From an uncultured Chloroflexia bacterium (GTDB lineage: Bacteria; Chloroflexota; Limnocylindria; Limnocylindrales; CSP1-4): a stretch of 64,000 nt of DNA. A program made the position numbers and the translations under genes. Position 1 is the stretch's first letter, and every line of letters starts with the position of its first letter. Below, piece by piece: positions 39,968-47,927 of this stretch. Under the pieces are notes generated by a model, which was given only the letters and a program-made list of their open reading frames with translations, did no database searches and was not told where the DNA came from. The stretch covers positions 332 through 64,331 of the forward strand of contig CAWDQY010000004.1 in the NCBI GenBank assembly GCA_963804575.1, read 5' to 3'.

Positions 39968-40463
39968 CGCGCTGCTCCCCCATCGCCGTGGCCTCCCTGC
40001 GGGCAGCCTCGTCGCGCTCCGCGCTCGAACGCACCTCGGCCTCGAGCCTCAGCAGGCGTAGCAGGGAGTCGAGGTCAGCCTGGAGCCATGCCTGCAGGCG
40101 GCGTCGGAAGACACGAGCGATCACGCCGTCGAGGCTCGCGTCGACGCTGACGTGGGAGCCCTCGGCCTGGGACACGATGCGGCACGCCTGCTGCAGGGTC
40201 ATCGTCCACGCGCGTCCCCGCCAGGCAAACTCGTGCGGTGCGTCGACCTGGGCGAGTCGACAGGAGACCGAGCCGAGCGCAGAGATGTAGCGAAACCGCG
40301 CCCCAGCCTCAAGCTCGGCGACGCTGAGGACCTGGCGCAAGGACGGGTTCCAGGTGGGCCAGGCGGCGACATCGGCGATGATCGCCCAGACGATGCGCTC
40401 CTCAGCGGCGACATCGATCGCCGCATGTGCGCTCACGGGTGCGTCTGACCGGGTCTGCTCCAC
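39960..40463 (-). CDS. SRPBCC (START/polyketide cyclase-like) family protein
   Basis: IVWAIIADVAAWPTWNP is a typical SRPBCC N-terminal motif. 167 aa. Confidence 0.65.
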   Translation of the reverse strand: MEQTRSDAPVSAHAAIDVAAEERIVWAIIADVAAWPTWNPSLRQVLSVAELEAGARFRYISALGSVSCRLAQVDAPHEFAWRGRAWTMTLQQACRIVSQAEGSHVSVDASLDGVIARVFRRRLQAWLQADLDSLLRLLRLEAEVRSSAERDEAARREATAMGEQRDG

Positions 40464-40499
40464 GACTCGATGCTACCGCGGTCGCCGCCAAGGATGAAG

Positions 40500-40574
40500 T
40501 GGTCGGGGTGGCGGGGATCGAACCCGCGACCTCATGCTCCCAAAGCATGTGCGCTACCGCTGCGCTACACCCCG
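40500..40574 (-). tRNA. tRNA-Pro (anticodon UGG), CCA encoded
   Basis: Manual fold: acceptor CGGGGTG/CACCCCG, anticodon stem CATGC/GCATG with loop TTTGGGA, T-arm GCGGG TTCGATC CCCGC, then A-CCA. Confidence 0.95.
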
Positions 40575-40709
40575 ACGAGTCCGTGCCTTGATAGGGTACA
40601 CAGCGAGACCGCAGGCGGTAGCGGAGGGTCTACAGCGCTCCCCGAGGATCAATTGGTGCCTGCACCTCGTCGGCAACTCACGAGCCCGGGCTGCACCGCC
40701 CTGCGGGTG

Positions 40710-41006
40710 CTATCTGCTGCGGAGCCAGCGCTCCAGATCAGCGCGATCCACGATTCCGAGCACCAGGACCACGCGGTCGCTGTCGATGACGTCATACATC
40801 ACACGGTGGTCGCCGACCCGCAGACGATGGAACGCATCGTGTGTCCCACGGATGGTCTTGACCGACTTGCCTGGTACGCGTCCGGGACGACCGACGTCGT
40901 GCGCGAGTCGAGCGAGGGTGTTCCGAAGGCGGTCCCGGTCTGCGTCATCGAGCTTCTGGAATTGCCGTGCGGCAGAACGGGAGAGCCGGACCTCGTAGGC
41001 GCTCAG
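40710..41006 (-). CDS. RelE/ParE-family toxin with no canonical start codon in frame (possible CTG at 41006)
   Basis: Hand translation: (L)SAYEVRLSRSAARQFQKLDDADRDRLRNTLARLAHDVGRPGRVPGKSVKTIRGTHDAFHRLRVGDHRVMYDVIDSDRVVLVLGIVDRADLERWLRSR. The RLRVGDHRVMY motif is typical of RelE/ParE. It overlaps the antitoxin stop by 4 nt and is absent from the ORF track. Confidence 0.6.
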   Translation of the reverse strand: MSAYEVRLSRSAARQFQKLDDADRDRLRNTLARLAHDVGRPGRVPGKSVKTIRGTHDAFHRLRVGDHRVMYDVIDSDRVVLVLGIVDRADLERWLRSR

Positions 41007-41239
41007 TCGAGATCCTCCAGACTGACCGTGCGCCCCTTGGCATAGTCGACGCGGGCAAGCCGACGCTGGCGGACATACTCATCGGCATTGGCCAACACGA
41101 GATCTTCGGCTTCGTCGACCGGCAGCAGGACCGCCGCGGGTCGGCCGCGCTTGGTGACGACATAGGCAGACCCACCCTCGACCTTGTCGATGACCGATGA
41201 GGCTGTCGCCTTCAGCTCCTTGATACCGATCTCCGCCAT
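41003..41239 (-). CDS. Phd/YefM-family antitoxin
   Basis: MAEIGIKELKATASSVIDKVEGGSAYVVTKRGRPAAVLLPVDE is classic Phd/YefM. The ORF track starts at 41251, but the ATG at 41239 has a better upstream AGGGA. Confidence 0.85.
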   Translation of the reverse strand: MAEIGIKELKATASSVIDKVEGGSAYVVTKRGRPAAVLLPVDEAEDLVLANADEYVRQRRLARVDYAKGRTVSLEDLD

Positions 41240-41254
41240 GCCATCCCTCATCTC

Positions 41255-41282
41255 GTCACTTGGTAGTCACGTAGGTGGTCAC
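41255..41282. promoter_or_regulatory. Three GTCAC direct repeats at 11-12-bp spacing upstream of the phd-relE module (candidate operator/promoter)
   Basis: GTCAC at 41255, 41266 and 41278, followed by a locally AT-richer stretch (TTTAGCACGTGTACTTACACATC). Confidence 0.45.
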
Positions 41283-41412
41283 TTTAGCACGTGTACTTAC
41301 ACATCGTGGGGATCGCGAGGTATGGCCTTGGCGTCGCCCGCCAGCAGGCCCAGACGCCAGTCATGCCTCTGAGTGGCTCAACCAGGCACACAAGGGCACG
41401 TGTCGCTTGCTG

Positions 41413-41694
41413 TCATCCCTGCTTTGCCCAGGACTCCTCAGCTTCGGACTCCATCCTCTTGAGGCGCGTGTAGTAATCCGGATACTCCTTGAGATGTGCG
41501 AGGGCAATCTTGCCCGTCACGATGGGATCACTTTCGCTCACATTGGTCTGCGGGTCGTGCGATCCGTGTTCCAGCTCGACATCGAGACCCTCCCGGAACT
41601 GATCCACCTCGAATGGGCTGGTGTCCCAGTCGATACCGATCTCAATCCCGATGCGTCGGGCCTCTTCGATGGTGAAGCGTTCGTTCGTCGTCAT
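41413..41694 (-). CDS. DUF5661-like small protein
   Basis: MTTNERFTIEEARRIGIEIGIDWD...DVELEHGSHDPQTNVSESDPIVTGKIALAHLKEYPDYYTRL. ATG at 41694 is preceded by GAGGAGG. The longer ORF-track start at 41829 is unlikely. Confidence 0.65.
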   Translation of the reverse strand: MTTNERFTIEEARRIGIEIGIDWDTSPFEVDQFREGLDVELEHGSHDPQTNVSESDPIVTGKIALAHLKEYPDYYTRLKRMESEAEESWAKQG

Positions 41695-41822
41695 GCGGTC
41701 CTCCTCAGCCGCCAGTGAGACAGGCGGCTCGCCAGAGAGCGTACTCCGGGTGGGACACCACCTCCGTCCGTGGAGCGCCTGTGCCGATCCAGATGGAGGT
41801 CGACGAGATGGCTTCAGACCGG

Positions 41823-41872
41823 CTCCCAAAGCATGTGCGCTACCGCTGCGCTACACCCCGACGAGTCCGTGC
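41823..41872 (-). repeat. 50-bp perfect duplicate of the 5' half of tRNA-Pro(UGG) plus 12 nt of its upstream flank (partner copy at 40537-40586)
   Basis: CTCCCAAAGCATGTGCGCTACCGCTGCGCTACACCCCGACGAGTCCGTGC is identical at both positions. Weaker similarity continues for about 18 more nt. The tRNA-derived part is 41823-41860, ending inside the anticodon loop. Confidence 0.9.
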
Positions 41873-41909
41873 GTGGATAGGTGCACAGCCCGCCTCGACG
41901 GCATCCGCG

Positions 41910-43691
41910 TCAGGACCCTACGGTGTACCGCAGGCGCGTCTGATCATCGGGACCGGTCAGCACCAGCAGCTGGCCATGCGCCTGGTTGTCGCGGAAGGCG
42001 AAGCGATCGACGTCGCCGAGCGCGGCGAGATACTCGGCCTCCGCGGTCATGGCCCCGCCCTCGCAGCTCCGACTCGTCGTCGCGAAGCCCGTGATGGTGA
42101 TGCGATTGCCAGTCGTCGTGTAGCTGCCCGAGTAGGTGTTGCAGCCCGAGAAACCGGCGACCCGGCCGTCATCGAACTCTGCGGTCACGGCGTCGGAGAT
42201 CTCCACCGGGGCGCCGCCACTGTCGCGGAAGTCGAGCACGACCCACGAGCTGCCGTCCAGGCGGGAGCCCGGGTCCGGCGTGGGGGTGGGCCTGGGCGTC
42301 GGCCTCGGTGTCGGTCTCGCCGTCGGCCGGGGAGTCGGCCGGGGAGTCGGTCTCGCCGTCGGCCGGGGAGTCGGCCGGGGAGTCGGTCTCGCCGTCGGTC
42401 TGGGCGTCGGGGTCGGGGTGGCCCTCGACCCGCGCGAGACGAAGATGTCGATGCGTGATCGCTCGTTGACTCGCTTGCCCGCCTCCGGGTCGCTGCGGAT
42501 GACACGGCCGTTCGCCACGTTGTCGTTGTAACGACGGTACCTGTCCCCGATGAGGAGTCCGCTGTCGTTCAACGACGCGATGGCGTCGGGCTCGGTCTGG
42601 CCACGCAGTTCGGGCACCCGCACTCGGACCGGAGTGGGCGCTGGCGTCGACGTGGGCGTTGGGGTCGGCGCGGGGCTTGCGGTAGCGGTCGGGCTCGGTT
42701 GCGGCGACGGATTGACGTCCGGATCGAGCGACTCGAGGATGAGTGTCGTCGAGCCCAGCGAGTCAGTGAGCAACAGCGCGGTATCGGTGAGCAGCACAGC
42801 CTGGGCTGAGGAGCCCAGGGCAGCCAGGAAGTCCTGCTCCTGTGCGGCAAGGGCGTCGGCGCAGGCTTCGAGCGTGGCGACGATGCGGCCTACGGCCAGG
42901 GCCTGGCCATCGACGACATAGTCGCCCGTATACGAGTTGCAGCCGGTCGAGCCCGTGACGCGGCCGTCGGCGTCGAACGTGACCGTCGGCGCTGCGTCGG
43001 TGATGGTCGGCACGGTGGCAAGGCTGGCATCCTGGTACGCGACGACCAGCCACGAGCCGAGGACTGGCGATGCCGGGAGCGGGTCGTAGACCAGGAGCGG
43101 ATCCCCGTTCACCCCGAAGAGGGTGAGGAGCTCGAGGCTGGGATCTTCCGGGTCGGGATCGACCGCCCACGAAGCCACCAGCGCGAGGCCGTCCAGGTAC
43201 GCTGCCTCCAGGGACCCGGCTGGCTCGGGGCAGGCTGCTCGAGTCGCCGCGATGGGCCCCAAGGTGACGGCATCGCCGTCGAGCTCGTACGTCGTGGTCC
43301 AGGCATTGCAGCCAGTCCAGCCGCCGGCCCGTCGGTCGTCTTCGATCGACAGCGTGGGCACGCCCAGCACCGGGGAGGTCGCGGCCACGGTGGCCTGCGT
43401 CGTTGCGGTGGGGTCGCCCGACGCCACGACCGACGTCGTCGCCTCCGGCGATGGGCTCGCTACAGCCGCTCCGACGTCGGTGACGTCCACGCGGACGCCG
43501 TCGGACACCAGTCTCAGCAGGCGCCAATCGAGCCGCTCTGCTTCGGTCTGTGTCGTGCTCTCCTGGGCAAGCGTGGACGCCACGCCAGCGACGCCGAGGG
43601 CGATGACCAGCAGCGCGGCGAGGAGTGCCGCGAGTGGACGACGATCGCGGGAAGGCTTGGATGGGTGCGACGGGCGGGGATGGAGTTGCAC
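41910..43691 (-). CDS. Secreted/anchored multidomain protein: META (HslJ-like) x2 - PASTA - Pro/Thr/Arg repeat linker - META
   Basis: N-terminal TM/signal segment. Three GCN-x-Y/W motifs (GWTGCNAWTTTY, GSTGCNSYTGDY, FSGCNTYSGSY). PASTA-like VRVPELRGQTEPDAIASLNDSGLLIGD...SRIDIFVSRG. (TPRPTPRPTARP)n is encoded by 36-bp DNA repeats at about 42290-42420. Confidence 0.75.
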   Translation of the reverse strand: MQLHPRPSHPSKPSRDRRPLAALLAALLVIALGVAGVASTLAQESTTQTEAERLDWRLLRLVSDGVRVDVTDVGAAVASPSPEATTSVVASGDPTATTQATVAATSPVLGVPTLSIEDDRRAGGWTGCNAWTTTYELDGDAVTLGPIAATRAACPEPAGSLEAAYLDGLALVASWAVDPDPEDPSLELLTLFGVNGDPLLVYDPLPASPVLGSWLVVAYQDASLATVPTITDAAPTVTFDADGRVTGSTGCNSYTGDYVVDGQALAVGRIVATLEACADALAAQEQDFLAALGSSAQAVLLTDTALLLTDSLGSTTLILESLDPDVNPSPQPSPTATASPAPTPTPTSTPAPTPVRVRVPELRGQTEPDAIASLNDSGLLIGDRYRRYNDNVANGRVIRSDPEAGKRVNERSRIDIFVSRGSRATPTPTPRPTARPTPRPTPRPTARPTPRPTPRPTARPTPRPTPRPTPTPDPGSRLDGSSWVVLDFRDSGGAPVEISDAVTAEFDDGRVAGFSGCNTYSGSYTTTGNRITITGFATTSRSCEGGAMTAEAEYLAALGDVDRFAFRDNQAHGQLLVLTGPDDQTRLRYTVGS

Positions 43692-43822
43692 GACGACAGG
43701 ATACTTGCCGTGACAGCGGTGGCAGGCATTGCCCCGGAGGATGCGCTGCGAGTATCGTGGGCCGCCACCTCGACCATCGCCCCGTGCGCGGCGGCCGACC
43801 GACCCGACGGAGGAGACGTCCC

Positions 43823-44968
43823 ATGAGTGAGCAGCTCGAGCAGATCCTGGCGGTGTTCGTCCTCGACAACGACGTCGCTGCGCGGCGGTTCCTGAAGGCG
43901 GTCGAGAAGATCGACGACGTGGACGACAACGTGAAGATCGTCGATGCCGCGTTCGCGGACCGCACCAAGCGAGGACGCGTCAAGATCCAGCAGACCAAGC
44001 GACACGGCCGTGGGCGCAGTACCGGGATCGGGATCGTGGTGGGGGCGATCCTCGCAGGCCCCGCGGGCGCGGTCGTGGGCGGTGCCGCGGGTGGCATCCT
44101 GGCCGGGATGCACAACCGGCTGGGCGAGATGGGCGTCACCGAGAAGTTCATGCGCGAAGTCACGGGGGAGGTCGAGAAGGGCAAGAGCGCCCTGTTCGTC
44201 CTGTACGAGGGCGACTGGTCCGCCTCGATCGGGCTGATCGGGAAGGAGGTGACCGCCGAACACGCCCTCCTCATCCAGAGCACGCTTCCGCTCGCGACGG
44301 CGACGGCCCTCCGACAGCTGGTCGAACCGGCGGTCGAGGAACTCGGCGGCGAAGAGATGGTGGCGGACTACGAGCTCGAGATGGGGATGGAGGGTGCCGA
44401 TGGCGCGTCTGCGCCCGTCGCGGTGACCGAGGCGCCCACCATGGGCGATGACCTCACCAACATCAGGGGCCTGGGCCCGAAGTCGGCGGCGGTGCTGGCG
44501 GGGGCCGGCGTGGACAGCTACGCCCAACTCGCAGCGACGAGTGAACCCGAGCTTCGCCGCATCCTCACGGAGGCACACGCCACGGTCCCCGGCAACGTCA
44601 ACACCTGGTCGATGCAGGCGTCCTTCGCCGCCAAGGGTGACTGGCGAGGCTTGGCCAAGTACGACCAGATGCAGTCACAGCAGAGCAAGCCGAAGGCCCC
44701 GGCTGAGGCGCCCTCCACCCCGGCCGCGACCGATGACCTGACCCAGTTGAGCGGCATCGGGCCCCGGATGGCGTCGATCCTGGCCGATGGCGGTGTCACC
44801 AGGTACGAACAGCTCCAGCACACCAGTGCCGAGGACCTGCGCCGGATCGTCAGCGCCGCCGGAGTACTGCCACCATCCAGCCTGGACACCTGGCCCATGC
44901 AGGCGTCCTACGCGGCCAATGGCGATTGGAGTGGCCTGGCGGAGTACAACAAGCGACACCAGCGCTGA
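43823..44968 (+). CDS. DUF1269-like N-terminal domain fused to two helix-hairpin-helix (H3TH, COG3743-like) repeats
   Basis: ATG at 43823 follows GGAGGAG. A Gly-rich membrane-like segment GIGIVVGAILAGPAGAVVGGAAGGILAG. Two about 75-aa repeats (DDLTNIRGLGPKSAAVLAGAGV...TWSMQASFAAKGDW and DDLTQLSGIGPRMASILADGGV...TWPMQASYAANGDW). Confidence 0.7.
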   Translation: MSEQLEQILAVFVLDNDVAARRFLKAVEKIDDVDDNVKIVDAAFADRTKRGRVKIQQTKRHGRGRSTGIGIVVGAILAGPAGAVVGGAAGGILAGMHNRLGEMGVTEKFMREVTGEVEKGKSALFVLYEGDWSASIGLIGKEVTAEHALLIQSTLPLATATALRQLVEPAVEELGGEEMVADYELEMGMEGADGASAPVAVTEAPTMGDDLTNIRGLGPKSAAVLAGAGVDSYAQLAATSEPELRRILTEAHATVPGNVNTWSMQASFAAKGDWRGLAKYDQMQSQQSKPKAPAEAPSTPAATDDLTQLSGIGPRMASILADGGVTRYEQLQHTSAEDLRRIVSAAGVLPPSSLDTWPMQASYAANGDWSGLAEYNKRHQR

Positions 44969-45032
44969 CACGCGGCCGCCGCGCCATCGAGTCTCGGCTG
45001 TCTCGCCCGTCAGCCGAAAGGACCTCCCCACC

Positions 45033-45473
45033 GTGCGCATCACGCGTGAGTTCGAGGCACCCGTGGCGAAGGTCTACCGAGCGCATGTCGATTCCGACCT
45101 CTATGCGCGCTGGATCGGTCCGCGCGAGCTCTCCACGACGATCTCCCACTGGGACTGCCGCACGGGGGGCTCGTGGCGCTTCGTGCAGGCGGACGGCGAA
45201 GGCAACAGGTACGAGTTCTACGGCTCGTTCCACGAGGTACGGCCCGACGAATCGATCGTCCAGACGTTCACCTTCGTTGGCTTCCCCGACAGCGTGTCAC
45301 TGGACCGCGTCTCGTTCGAGGACCTCGGCGACGGACGCTCAAGGCTCGTCGCAACCTCGCTGCTGGACAGCTTCGAGGCCCGCGACGCCATGGTCGAGGC
45401 CGGCATGGAACAGGGCATCACCGAGGGCTATGAGAAGCTCGACGACGTCCTCGTGACAACCGGGACACCGTAG
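45033..45473 (+). CDS. SRPBCC family protein (AHSA1/Aha1-like)
   Basis: VRITREFEAPVAKVYRAHVDSDLYARWIGP... is typical of the AHSA1 family. GTG start inferred. Confidence 0.7.
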   Translation: MRITREFEAPVAKVYRAHVDSDLYARWIGPRELSTTISHWDCRTGGSWRFVQADGEGNRYEFYGSFHEVRPDESIVQTFTFVGFPDSVSLDRVSFEDLGDGRSRLVATSLLDSFEARDAMVEAGMEQGITEGYEKLDDVLVTTGTP

Positions 45474-45568
45474 TGGTCGAGCCCTGGAGAGCGCGGGTGG
45501 GACCGGCGGGTCGAATCGGCCACCTGGTCCCGGCACCGCTCGATGGGACGGTGTGGGGCCGCGGAAGC

Positions 45569-45985
45569 TCACGCGGCGCGTCGGAATGGATCCTCCACGC
45601 GGATGCCCAGGTAGTCGGTCGCCTCGTCGAGGTCTTCGGACAGCACCACCGAGCACCCCAACGCGCGAGCCGCTTCGATGATGGCCGCGTCCCAGTAAGA
45701 GATCCCGAAGCGGATCCTCGTGGCCAGCGCCGCGCGCATCAGCTCGACGCTCGTGACCTGCACGGGAAACCGGGACCACGCCTCGACCAGGCCCGATGCC
45801 TGGTCGTGCGTGATGGCGTCCTCCCGACTGGCTCGAGTGGCCTGGACGTAGAACTCCTGGAGGACCTGGACCGAGAGAGCGATATCCCCTGCGTCAAGGA
45901 TCTCATTCGCGCGGGCGGACTTGCTCCGTTCTGCGGGGTCCCGCGAGATCGAATACAGCAGGACGTTGGTGTCAACGAACTGCAC
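45569..45985 (-). CDS. PIN-domain toxin (VapC family), second copy
   Basis: MQFVDTNVLLYS, VQVLQEFY, YWDAAIIEAA and VLSEDL. Confidence 0.85.
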   Translation of the reverse strand: MQFVDTNVLLYSISRDPAERSKSARANEILDAGDIALSVQVLQEFYVQATRASREDAITHDQASGLVEAWSRFPVQVTSVELMRAALATRIRFGISYWDAAIIEAARALGCSVVLSEDLDEATDYLGIRVEDPFRRAA

Positions 45986-46220
45986 GGTCGTGGACCTCGT
46001 CCCGTGTCAGTCGGTCGGCTGCCCTGAAGCGCTTGATCTGGGCCTGGATGCGATGCTGCTGCGCTTCCAGTCGCGCGAACTCGGCGTCAGCACCCGACAG
46101 AGAACGCAGGTATGTCGCGACCATGCCGCTTACCGATCGGCCCTGTTCCGCGGCGCGAATGCGAGCGGCGCGATAGACATCGTCAGGCACGGAGACCGTG
46201 ATGTTCTTCACCAGCATCAC
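45972..46220 (-). CDS. RHH/CopG-like antitoxin paired with the PIN toxin
   Basis: 82 aa (ITVSVPDDVYRAARIRAAEQGRSVSGMVATYL). It overlaps the toxin start by 14 nt. Confidence 0.75.
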   Translation of the reverse strand: MMLVKNITVSVPDDVYRAARIRAAEQGRSVSGMVATYLRSLSGADAEFARLEAQQHRIQAQIKRFRAADRLTRDEVHDRAVR

Positions 46221-46222
46221 GC

Positions 46223-46249
46223 TATCACAGTCTCACAGTAACTGTGATA
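46223..46249. promoter_or_regulatory. Palindromic candidate operator immediately upstream of the antitoxin start
   Basis: TATCACAG (46223-46230) and CTGTGATA (46242-46249) form a perfect 8-bp inverted repeat in a locally AT-richer stretch. Confidence 0.5.
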
Positions 46250-46438
46250 CACGGTCGAGGTGCGGGGGCTTCGTCCGAGTCGCTCTGCTTGACCTTCTGC
46301 CCCCGGGGAAAGGCCCATCGGCCCTCAACCGTTGGGACGAGATGCGGAGTATCTCTTCATGGGGCAGCCACCGCCCACGCGAAGCTCGCTACCAGCCCGG
46401 CGCCGCGGCGCCATCTCGGCGATGGAGGATCAACAACG

Positions 46439-47097
46439 ATGGACTTGGCGAAGCCGGCCACCGGCGCACGGGCCACGCGGCTGGCGAGTTCGCGGGTCGC
46501 GGGCGTCCTGCTATTCGTGCTTGCCGCCCAGTTCATGCTCGTGATCATGCTCGCGGCCTCGATCGCACCCGACTACGACTACGGCGCAGCTGCCATCAGC
46601 GACCTCGGCGTGATCACGCAGACGGCCCTGCTGTTCAACGTCTCACTGCTCGCGGTCGGCGTGCTAAACATCATCGGCGGCTATCTGCACTACCGATCCC
46701 ATCGGAAGGCGTGGGCCCTCGCGCTGTTCGTCCTCGCGGGACTGGGCGCCATCGGGGCGGGATCGTTTCCCTCGACAGCGCTGGCCCACACGGCCTGTTC
46801 GCGCTCCTGGCGTTCGTGGCGTTCAACCTGGAGGCTATCGCCATGGCGGCAGTGGTGTCGGGGCCGATGAGGGTCGTCGGGGTGCTCGCGGGCGTGGTCG
46901 GGTTGGTGTTCGTGGTGCTGATGGCGATCGGCGATTCGGGCAACACGGCGGCCTTCGGCTCCATCGGTCACGGCGGCACCGAGAGGATGATCGTCTACCC
47001 CGTGATGGTGTTCCTGCTTGCGCTAGGTGGCTACTTGATGGCATCCCAGGACGACACCGCGGGCTCGGATCGGGAGGGTGACGCGGGTCTCCCCTGA
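46439..47097 (+). pseudogene. DUF998-like integral membrane protein, frameshift near 46760
   Basis: The hydrophobic profile is split between ORF 46244..46870 (VAGVLLFVLAAQFMLVIMLAASIAPDYDY...ISDLG) and ORF 46198..47097 (HGLFALLAFVAFNLEAIAM...). The shift is at a GGGGCGGG run. Confidence 0.55.
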
Positions 47098-47205
47098 CCC
47101 ACCGAGCACCTGACCCCGCTGGCAGCGGGCGTCCGAGCGGCCGGCTGCCTGGCCCTGCAGGAGGTCTGCGGACCCCGCGCACGCTCGGTCGAGCCGTTCA
47201 GGCGG

Positions 47206-47856
47206 ATGCCCGTTGATATGCTTAGCGCGATGGTCGACTTTTTCACGTCATCCGTAGTGACCCTCTACGTGGTCGCGGACCCGCTCCTGTTGAGCGCTCT
47301 GTTCCTCGGCCTCACGCACGGCATGAGCGACCACGAACGGCGCGAGGTTGCGTGGCGGGCACCACTCATCGGGTTCGGGATCCTCGTGGCGGTGGGGCTC
47401 GGCGGGGCCACGTTGCTGGGATTACTGGGCATCTCGCTGTCGGCCTTCAGGATCGCGGGCGGCCTGCTGCTGCTGTGGACGAGCTGGGAGATGGTGTTCG
47501 ACCGCCTCGGGCCGCGGCTGCAGGCGACGGCTGACATGGCGGTCGGTATCGATCACGTCAAGAATGTCGCGGCATTCCCCCTGGCCATCCCGCTCATCGC
47601 AGGTCCCGGGGCCATCACGGCGATGATCCTGCTCGCGGGCAGGACCGAAGGCCGGGTCGACTACGGCGTCGTCCTCCTGGGCGTGGTGGGGTTCGTCATG
47701 CTCACCATCTACCTGAGCTTCCTGGGAGCGGAGCGCATCTCGACGTTCCTGGGTGTCACCGGCCGCGCGGTGAGCACCCGCATGCTCGGCATCGTCCTGG
47801 CGGCGCTTGCCGTGCAATTCATGATCGACGGTGTGGTCGAGGTGGCTGCGGGATAG
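47206..47856 (+). CDS. MarC-family (UPF0056) integral membrane protein
   Basis: 216 aa, 6 TM helices. VADPLLLSALF, FRIAGGLLLL and FPLAIPLIAGPGAIT are typical MarC motifs. Confidence 0.8.
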   Translation: MPVDMLSAMVDFFTSSVVTLYVVADPLLLSALFLGLTHGMSDHERREVAWRAPLIGFGILVAVGLGGATLLGLLGISLSAFRIAGGLLLLWTSWEMVFDRLGPRLQATADMAVGIDHVKNVAAFPLAIPLIAGPGAITAMILLAGRTEGRVDYGVVLLGVVGFVMLTIYLSFLGAERISTFLGVTGRAVSTRMLGIVLAALAVQFMIDGVVEVAAG

Positions 47857-47927
47857 CGCGGGCACGGGCGCGGCGTAGACTGCCAGCGTCAGCCTTGCGC
47901 CAGCCGGAGCCAGCCATCTCGCACCCT

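Noticed and set aside
42290-42420. 36-bp tandem DNA repeats as a non-coding repeat element
   Set aside because: They lie inside an uninterrupted ORF and translate to a regular TPRPTPRPTARP linker between recognisable domains. They are coding low-complexity repeats.
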